From the NCBI GenBank assembly GCA_963836085.1, contig CAWIHT010000012.1, forward strand, positions 77,449-141,448: 64,000 nt of DNA, read 5' to 3'. Below, piece by piece: positions 57,995-64,000 of the stretch. The position numbers and the translations under genes were made by a program. Under the pieces are notes generated by a model. That model saw only the letters and a list, made by a program, of their open reading frames with translations, did not search any database and was not told the origin of the DNA. Position 1 is the stretch's first letter; the number at the start of each line of letters is the position of its first letter. Source of the DNA: an uncultured Actinomycetota bacterium (GTDB lineage Bacteria; Actinomycetota; Acidimicrobiia; Spongiisociales; UBA5794).

Positions 57995-58210
57995 ATGACC
58001 AGCCGAACGCTGAGTGTGCCCGAGATCTCATGCGGACACTGCAAGTCGTCGATCGAGGCGGCCGTGGCCCCGCTCGACGGCGTCGATCGCGTTGAGGTCC
58101 AGATCGAGGCGCAGACGGTTGAATTCGAGTACGACGGCACCGACGCGACCCTCGCCACGGTCGTCACCGCGATCGAGGACGTCGGCTACGAAGTGCCGGA
58201 CCAGGCCTAG
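57995..58210 (+). CDS. copZ: Heavy-metal-associated (HMA) copper chaperone CopZ-like
   Basis: [11 protein letters not shown] metal-binding motif, ferredoxin-like fold length. 71 aa. Confidence 0.8.
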   Translation: MTSRTLSVPEISCGHCKSSIEAAVAPLDGVDRVEVQIEAQTVEFEYDGTDATLATVVTAIEDVGYEVPDQA

Positions 58211-58215
58211 CCCGA

Positions 58216-60384
58216 GTGCCCCCAACCCCTCCCGACACGATCTCGTTCGACGTCGAGGGGATGACCTGCGCCTCGTGCGCACTCCGGATCGAGCGGGTGC
58301 TCGGTCGCCAGGATGGCGTCGAGTCCGCCGTCGTCAACTTCGCTGGGCAGGAAGCCAGAGCCGTCGTCGATCCCGGCGCCGTTGATATCGCCGGATTGCA
58401 GGCTGCCATCGAGAAGCTCGGCTATGAGATCACGCCTTTCGCCGAGGGCGAAGATCGCCGCTCGCTGACCGAGCGATACGACGAGGAGGTCGCATTCCAG
58501 AAGCGGAACGTCATCGGTGCCGCCGTCCTCTCTGTCCCGGTGATGATTCTCGCCATGCTCGGCCCGGACGCGCTGTGGTCGGAGGTCGTGCAAGGCATCC
58601 TCACGACCATCGTCGTGTTCTGGTTCGGACGACAGTTCCACTCGGCGGCCTACAAGCAGATCACCTCGCTCAGCCCGGCCATGGACACCCTCGTGTCCGT
58701 CGGCACGGTGACGGCGTGGGCCTACTCCGTGTGGGCCGTCTTCGCCGGGTATCCCGTCTTCTTCGAGACTGCAGCAATGATCGCAACGTTCATCCTCCTC
58801 GGGCGCTACTTCGAGGCCCGAGCGAAAGGGCAGGCGTCGCAGGCGATCACCAGTCTTCTCGAACTCGGAGCCAAACAAGCGCGGGTGCAACGAGGGGAAA
58901 CCGAAGAGATGGTGGACCTCGATGCGCTCGCGGTCGGATCGATCGTCATCGTCCGCCCGGGCGAGAAGATTCCCACAGACGGCAGGATCATCGCGGGTGC
59001 CTCGTCGATCGACGAGTCGATGCTCACCGGCGAATCCGCAGCAGTGGATAAGTCGGAGGGCGAGGACGTCTTCGGAGCAACCATCAACCAGCAGGGCCGC
59101 CTCGAGATCGAGGTGACCCGTCTCGGCGGCAACACTGCCCTCGCTCAGATCGTAAAGCTCGTCGCAGAGGCCCAGGCATCCAAGGCCCCCGTCCAGCGCC
59201 TCGCAGACCAGGTCAGCGCCGTGTTCGTGCCTGCGGTGATCGCAATCGCAATCGTGACGTTCGTCGCCTGGATGATCCTCGACGGCGATATCACCACCGC
59301 CATGCGCAGCGCCGTGGCCGTGCTGATCATCGCCTGCCCGTGCGCCATGGGCCTGGCGACACCCACTGCCATCATGGTCGGCTCCGCCCGAGGCGCCGAG
59401 CAAGGTGTCTTGTTCAAGTCGGCAGAAGTGTTCGAACGAGCAAAGGCCATCGATACCGTCGTATTCGACAAGACCGGAACCCTTACGCGTGGCGCGATGA
59501 CGTTGTCCGCAATCGAGACCAACGAGCCGCTCGATCGCTTCTTGATGCTGGTCGGGTCAGTCGAGGCGGCGTCCGAGCATCCAATCGGCATGGCCGTTGC
59601 CCTCGGCGCCGAGGAACGCGACGTCACACTCGAACCGGTCACGGATTTCGCCGCACATCAGGGACTCGGCGTCGTGGGGACAGTGGATGGCGCTGCCGTC
59701 GTCGTTGGACGCCCGACGCTCATGCAAGAGCTCGGGATTGAGGTCCCACAACGCGAGGCCGATGCCATGGAACGAATCGAGGGCGCCGGGCACACGGCGT
59801 TCCTCGCCGCGTGGAACGGCGAGGTTCGGGGCACACTCGGGGTCGCAGACACCGTGCGCTCGTCCTCGAAGGAAGCCGTCGCCGAACTGAACGACCTCGA
59901 CGTCGATGTCGCCATGCTCACCGGAGACAATGCCCGCACGGCTGACGAGATTGCTGCGCAGGTAGGTATCTCCCGGGTGATTGCCGGTGTTCTGCCGGCC
60001 GGCAAGGCCGACGAGGTTTCGCGTCTCCAGGACTCTGGCCGATCGGTGGCCTTCGTCGGTGACGGCATCAACGACGCCCCGGCGCTCACCAGGGCCGATC
60101 TCGGAATGGCAGTCGGCTCAGGGACCGACGTCGCCATTGAAGCGGGCGATGTCGTGCTGATGTCCGGCGACCCGAAACTGGCCGTCACGGCGCTCGGCCT
60201 TGCCCGGGCCACGTTCCGCACCATCAAGCAGAATCTGTTCTGGGCATTCGGCTACAACATCGCCGCCATCCCGCTCGCCGCACTCGGACTCCTCAATCCG
60301 ATGATCGCCGCGGCCGCCATGGCCTTCTCCTCGGTCTCGGTGGTGACCAACTCACTCCGCCTCCGCCGGTTCGGCCGGACTTGA
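58216..60384 (+). CDS. copA: Copper-translocating P1B-type ATPase
   Basis: N-terminal [14 protein letters not shown] in TM6, [18 protein letters not shown] start. Confidence 0.93.
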   Translation: MPPTPPDTISFDVEGMTCASCALRIERVLGRQDGVESAVVNFAGQEARAVVDPGAVDIAGLQAAIEKLGYEITPFAEGEDRRSLTERYDEEVAFQKRNVIGAAVLSVPVMILAMLGPDALWSEVVQGILTTIVVFWFGRQFHSAAYKQITSLSPAMDTLVSVGTVTAWAYSVWAVFAGYPVFFETAAMIATFILLGRYFEARAKGQASQAITSLLELGAKQARVQRGETEEMVDLDALAVGSIVIVRPGEKIPTDGRIIAGASSIDESMLTGESAAVDKSEGEDVFGATINQQGRLEIEVTRLGGNTALAQIVKLVAEAQASKAPVQRLADQVSAVFVPAVIAIAIVTFVAWMILDGDITTAMRSAVAVLIIACPCAMGLATPTAIMVGSARGAEQGVLFKSAEVFERAKAIDTVVFDKTGTLTRGAMTLSAIETNEPLDRFLMLVGSVEAASEHPIGMAVALGAEERDVTLEPVTDFAAHQGLGVVGTVDGAAVVVGRPTLMQELGIEVPQREADAMERIEGAGHTAFLAAWNGEVRGTLGVADTVRSSSKEAVAELNDLDVDVAMLTGDNARTADEIAAQVGISRVIAGVLPAGKADEVSRLQDSGRSVAFVGDGINDAPALTRADLGMAVGSGTDVAIEAGDVVLMSGDPKLAVTALGLARATFRTIKQNLFWAFGYNIAAIPLAALGLLNPMIAAAAMAFSSVSVVTNSLRLRRFGRT

Positions 60385-60420
60385 CAATCCCCGCTGATTG
60401 CGCTGCCCTCCGCCCTACGT

Positions 60421-61740
60421 ATGAACATCACGACCTTTGTCACACCCGGCCTCGGCGATTCCACCTACTTGATCGAGCATGAAGGGGTTGGCGTCGTCGT
60501 CGATCCGCAGCGTGACATCGACCGCTTCGTCGAGGCGGCCGCCGGTCTCGACACCCGTTTCGTGCTCGAGACGCACCTCCACAACGACTACGTCTCCGGC
60601 GGACGGGCCGTCGCCGCGACCACCGGGGGCGAACTCGTGCTTCCGGCGTCATCGGGAGCAGCATTCGATCACCGGCCGGCGTTCCACATGGAGGACCTCG
60701 ACGGCGGGCCCCTCACCGTCCGTCCGATCCACACGCCGGGACACACGCCGGAGCACGTGAGCTACCTCGTCCTCATCGACGACGAGGCCGTCGCCTTGTT
60801 CTCCGGTGGGAGCTTGCTCGTCGGCTCCGCCGGCCGGAGTGACCTCTTGGGTATGTCCCGAGCCGAGACGCTCGCGAAGCTTCAGTACGGATCCGTCACG
60901 CGTCTCGCACAGCTTCCGGATGCAGTCGGGCTCTATCCCACCCACGGCGCAGGATCGTTCTGCACGTCGTCAGTGGCCGAGACCGCAGCGTCGACCATTG
61001 GCCGGGAGCGGCTGACGAGTCCAGTGCTGGCCCACCCCGACGCAGAGTCGTTCGTTGCGGATGCTCTCAGCGGGCTGCAGCCGTACCCGGACTACTACGC
61101 CCATATGGGTCCCATCAACCTCGCTGGGCCAGAACCGATGCCGGATGCGCCGATCTCACACTTCGCCGTTGGCCAGATACCCGATGGCGCTCATATCGTC
61201 GACATTCGGCCACAGGCGCTCTTCGCAACCGGACACCTCCCAGGGTCGTACGGACTCGAACTCGAGGACCAGATGGGCGTGTGGGCCGGTTGGCTGCTTC
61301 CCTTCGACGCGCCGATCGTGCTCGTCGCTACGCAGATCCAGGACGCCGAGCCGGCGGTCGTTCAACTCGCCCGAATCGGTTTCGACCGGGTGATCGGCAT
61401 CGTGACCGATCTCGGCGACGCGGAGGTTCTTGCGACCTACCGGCAAGCGTCGACCGATGCCCTGAGAGACGAACTCGCCGCCGGCACGCCACAGGTTCTC
61501 GATGTTCGCTCCCCCGGCGAATGGGAGGGCGGATCGATCCCCGGGGCGATCCACGCCTACGTCCCCGACCTTCGCACCGCCATACCGGCGAGCCTCGACC
61601 GTGATCGACCGGTCTGGGTGATCTGCGGCGGCGGCTATCGATCCCAGATGGCGGTCGTCTTCCTCGAAGCGGCCGGCTTCAACCCAATCGTGGTAGCCGG
61701 TGGCGGCGTTGAGAACGTCCTCACCGAACCTCAGGCGTAG
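60421..61740 (+). CDS. MBL-fold hydrolase fused to rhodanese domain(s) (persulfide dioxygenase-sulfurtransferase-like, CstB/Blh-type architecture)
   Basis: N-terminal THLHNDYVSG metal motif, C-terminal rhodanese (ICGGGYRS active-site loop). 439 aa. Confidence 0.75.
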   Translation: MNITTFVTPGLGDSTYLIEHEGVGVVVDPQRDIDRFVEAAAGLDTRFVLETHLHNDYVSGGRAVAATTGGELVLPASSGAAFDHRPAFHMEDLDGGPLTVRPIHTPGHTPEHVSYLVLIDDEAVALFSGGSLLVGSAGRSDLLGMSRAETLAKLQYGSVTRLAQLPDAVGLYPTHGAGSFCTSSVAETAASTIGRERLTSPVLAHPDAESFVADALSGLQPYPDYYAHMGPINLAGPEPMPDAPISHFAVGQIPDGAHIVDIRPQALFATGHLPGSYGLELEDQMGVWAGWLLPFDAPIVLVATQIQDAEPAVVQLARIGFDRVIGIVTDLGDAEVLATYRQASTDALRDELAAGTPQVLDVRSPGEWEGGSIPGAIHAYVPDLRTAIPASLDRDRPVWVICGGGYRSQMAVVFLEAAGFNPIVVAGGGVENVLTEPQA

Positions 61741-62186
61741 TCGGCGCAGAGCCCCGCGATGATCTCGACCACCTTGTCGACGGCTGCATCGATCTCGGGA
61801 TCCAACTCCACGCCGGGCCCGACGCGTTCGATCTCGATTCCGCACACGACCATCGCCTCAGGCAACACACCGACGGCGCCACCGAGGTCGATCGCCTCTG
61901 CGAGTCCGACGAGATGCGTCGACGCCGATCGCCACGCCGCAGGGAACCCCTGGATGCCGTCGATCCGGTGAATCGTGCCGGGGACGTCGCCGGAGACCAC
62001 CGCATCGACGACGATAGCCAGCTCGGTATCCCTCCAGGTCTCGAGGAGATGCGTGGCGTCACCAACCGACTCGACCACTGCGACCGTGTCGGGAAGACGA
62101 CCCGCGAGCCGATCGAGAACGATCGGCCCTGCGGCGTCGTCACCCATCACTCGGTTTCCTACGCCAATGACGACGACTTCAGACAC
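61731..62186 (-). CDS. Hydrogenase maturation endopeptidase (HyaD/HoxW family)
   Basis: [18 protein letters not shown]-terminus. GTG at 62186 overlaps the large-subunit stop. Alternative ATG at 62219. Confidence 0.8.
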   Translation of the reverse strand: MSEVVVIGVGNRVMGDDAAGPIVLDRLAGRLPDTVAVVESVGDATHLLETWRDTELAIVVDAVVSGDVPGTIHRIDGIQGFPAAWRSASTHLVGLAEAIDLGGAVGVLPEAMVVCGIEIERVGPGVELDPEIDAAVDKVVEIIAGLCADYA

Positions 62187-63471
62187 GTTCGACCGTGAGG
62201 TCGAGGAAGTGCGTTGCACACGAGATGCACGGGTCGTAGTTGCGGATCGACTGCTCGAGCACCCACGACAACTCCGGATCCGGAAGGTCGAGATGCTGCT
62301 CGAGAACGAATCGCAGGTCCGACTCGATCGTCAGTTGGTTCTGCGCCGTTGGAGGCGTGATCTGCGCATCCGCGATGCGGCCGTCCTCCTCAAGCCGGTA
62401 CTGGTGATAGAGCATGCCGCGCGGTGCCTCGGATGCACCGTGGCCCACCGCCGCCTTCGGGGTGTATCGCACCCACGACTCGGCCGGTTCTACGTACTCG
62501 TCGATGATCCGTAGCGCCTCTTCGATCGCATAGAGCGTCTCGACACTCCGCACGATGATGCTCTTGAACGGATTGTTCACCACCGGTGCAAGGCCCGCCT
62601 CAGCGGCGCACTTCTGCGCCAACGGCGTCAGCTTCTCGAAGTTGATCGCATACCGCGCCAGCGGACCGACGTGATAGGCACCGCGTCCGCGTACCCGGGA
62701 ATGCAGCGCATTCGAACGCTCGACGTGTTCCTCGGTGAAGAACTCATTGAACTGAGAGACCGGGATGTCGATCCCCTTGCTCGACGCGATGTTGCCCTCG
62801 TTGAAGGGGTACTCGTCGGGATGACACACTGAGACATACTCGAAGTCGAGCTCGGCCTCGGGGAATGTGAACGCGCTCGTCCACTTGATCGTCTCGACCG
62901 CGGCGTCCTTCGCCCACTCCAGTTCAGGAACCAGAGCGTCCAGTTCCTTCTTCGTCGGAACTCGGTAGAACCCGCCGACGCGCACGTTGATCGGGTGGAT
63001 CTCGCGACCGCCGAGGAGCGCGACGACATCGTTGCCGGCCTTCTTCATCCGCAGGCCGCGCTCGACGACCTCACGATGATCAGCCGCCATGTGGATGCCA
63101 CTCTCATAGCCGAGGAAGTCCGGCGCGTGCAGCAGGTAGACGTGGAGCACGTGGCTCTCGATCCACTCACCACAGTAGATGAGACGGCGCAACTCACGCA
63201 GCGCACCGCCGACGGTGACGTCGAAGGCGTCCTCCATCGCGTGCACCGAACTCATCTGGTAGGCGATCGGGCAGATGCCACAGATGCGAGCCGTGATATC
63301 GGGTGCGTCGGTGTGTGGACGGCCGCGGAGGAATGCCTCGAAGAACCGGGGCGGTTCGAAGATCGAGAACTCGACGTCCTCGATCTGGTCGTCGACGACC
63401 TTGACCCGCATCGAGCCTTCTCCCTCGACTCGTGCCAGATACTCAACCGAGATCTCTCTCGCGTTCGTCAT
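62179..63471 (-). CDS. [NiFe]-hydrogenase large subunit, group 3 (cytoplasmic bidirectional, probably 3b Hyh-type)
   Basis: N-terminal [11 protein letters not shown] and C-terminal DPCISCATH nickel-binding motifs. 430 aa. Confidence 0.9.
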   Translation of the reverse strand: MTNAREISVEYLARVEGEGSMRVKVVDDQIEDVEFSIFEPPRFFEAFLRGRPHTDAPDITARICGICPIAYQMSSVHAMEDAFDVTVGGALRELRRLIYCGEWIESHVLHVYLLHAPDFLGYESGIHMAADHREVVERGLRMKKAGNDVVALLGGREIHPINVRVGGFYRVPTKKELDALVPELEWAKDAAVETIKWTSAFTFPEAELDFEYVSVCHPDEYPFNEGNIASSKGIDIPVSQFNEFFTEEHVERSNALHSRVRGRGAYHVGPLARYAINFEKLTPLAQKCAAEAGLAPVVNNPFKSIIVRSVETLYAIEEALRIIDEYVEPAESWVRYTPKAAVGHGASEAPRGMLYHQYRLEEDGRIADAQITPPTAQNQLTIESDLRFVLEQHLDLPDPELSWVLEQSIRNYDPCISCATHFLDLTVERV

Positions 63472-64000
63472 CGCGCACCTCCGATCTCAATCGACGCCTC
63501 TCGACGGTCGCTCTCGATGCGGAACGCCTCCGACCAGGCATTGAACCCTCTCAGTGAGTCCACGATCTGCCGGTCGGACAGGCCCATGTACTCGAACTGG
63601 TTCGCGAGCGATCCCGCGTTGGCGCTCTCCATGGGTCCGAAGCAGCCGTAGCAGCCGCGGTCATAGGAGGGACACAAGGCGTTGCATCCGGCCTGGGTGA
63701 TCGGTCCGAGGCACGGCGTACCGTGTGACACCATCACACAGGGATTCCCCTTTGCTTTGCACTCCACGCACACGCTGTACGCCGGGATGTTCGGCCTGCG
63801 TCCCTGCAGGAACGCGACCAGCACTTCGAGCAACTGGTACTTCGAGATCGGACAGCCCCGCAACTCGAAGTCGACCGGCACGTAGTCGGCGATCGGCGTC
63901 GACTTGTCCAATGTGTCGATGTACTCCGGGTGGGCGTACACGTAGGCGTTGAAGTCGTTGACGTCCTTCCAGTTCCGCAACGCCTGAATCCCTCCGGCCG
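63468..64000 (-). CDS. [NiFe]-hydrogenase small subunit, partial (N-terminus beyond window end)
   Basis: Multiple Fe-S cysteine clusters ([33 protein letters not shown]). ATGA overlap with the large-subunit start. Confidence 0.8.
   Translation of the reverse strand, partial: AGGIQALRNWKDVNDFNAYVYAHPEYIDTLDKSTPIADYVPVDFELRGCPISKYQLLEVLVAFLQGRRPNIPAYSVCVECKAKGNPCVMVSHGTPCLGPITQAGCNALCPSYDRGCYGCFGPMESANAGSLANQFEYMGLSDRQIVDSLRGFNAWSEAFRIESDRREASIEIGGAR

Overview
High-GC (about 68-70%) actinobacterial-type chromosomal segment with strongly GC3-biased codons, densely packed with genes on both strands. I found no transposases, integrases, CRISPR arrays or rRNA, so this reads as core chromosome rather than an obvious island. 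Recognisable blocks, in window order:
- 1..2368: a partial membrane protein running off the left edge, a LysM protein and an MDR oxidoreductase.
- 2430..3598: a divergent marR/yceI pair with a triple palindromic operator between them.
- 4596..7916: an unusual pterin cluster, SDR-folB-(folK::folE fusion)-moaA, with no folP.
- 10132..13301: a compact nitrogen node, glnII divergent from glnA2 with glnR overlapping glnA2.
- 13310..16895: ALDH7-RidA-ErpA divergent from ApbC.
- 18178..21705: trkA-trkA-trkH potassium uptake; the second trkA has no canonical start codon.
- 21810..25091: a tightly overlapping operon fxsA-NUDIX-MBL hydrolase-coiled-coil M23 peptidase, divergent (35-bp gap) from selA-selB. 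No selC, selD or selenoprotein is visible in the window.
- 28205..31692: whiB, an orphan nfeD, a receiver-only regulator and a CNNM transporter.
- 31733..34169: tRNA-Pro(CGG), then ask-asd.
- 34338..41689: PPIase, PHP phosphoesterase, histidine kinase, mce, thiolase, glpX.
- 42954..47396: ybaB-recR on the opposite strand from dnaX, which carries an exact in-frame 58-nt tandem duplication.
- 48034..52428: a phosphonate ABC locus with a frameshifted phnD and an 813-aa phnE carrying a large periplasmic insertion plus an extra transmembrane block.
- 52431..57919: a dGTPase-like HD protein, then a second coiled-coil M23 peptidase upstream of a DrrAB-like ABC exporter, separated by a 19-nt inverted repeat with a 92-nt spacer.
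- 57995..64000: copZ-copA, an MBL-rhodanese fusion, and the start of a group-3 [NiFe] hydrogenase operon (protease, large subunit, partial small subunit).
The most unusual items, none checkable by database search here, are the folK::folE fusion, the giant phnE, the fxsA-NUDIX-MBL-M23 operon next to selAB, the start-codon-less trkA paralog, the phnD frameshift and the long inverted-repeat structure at 55230..55374.
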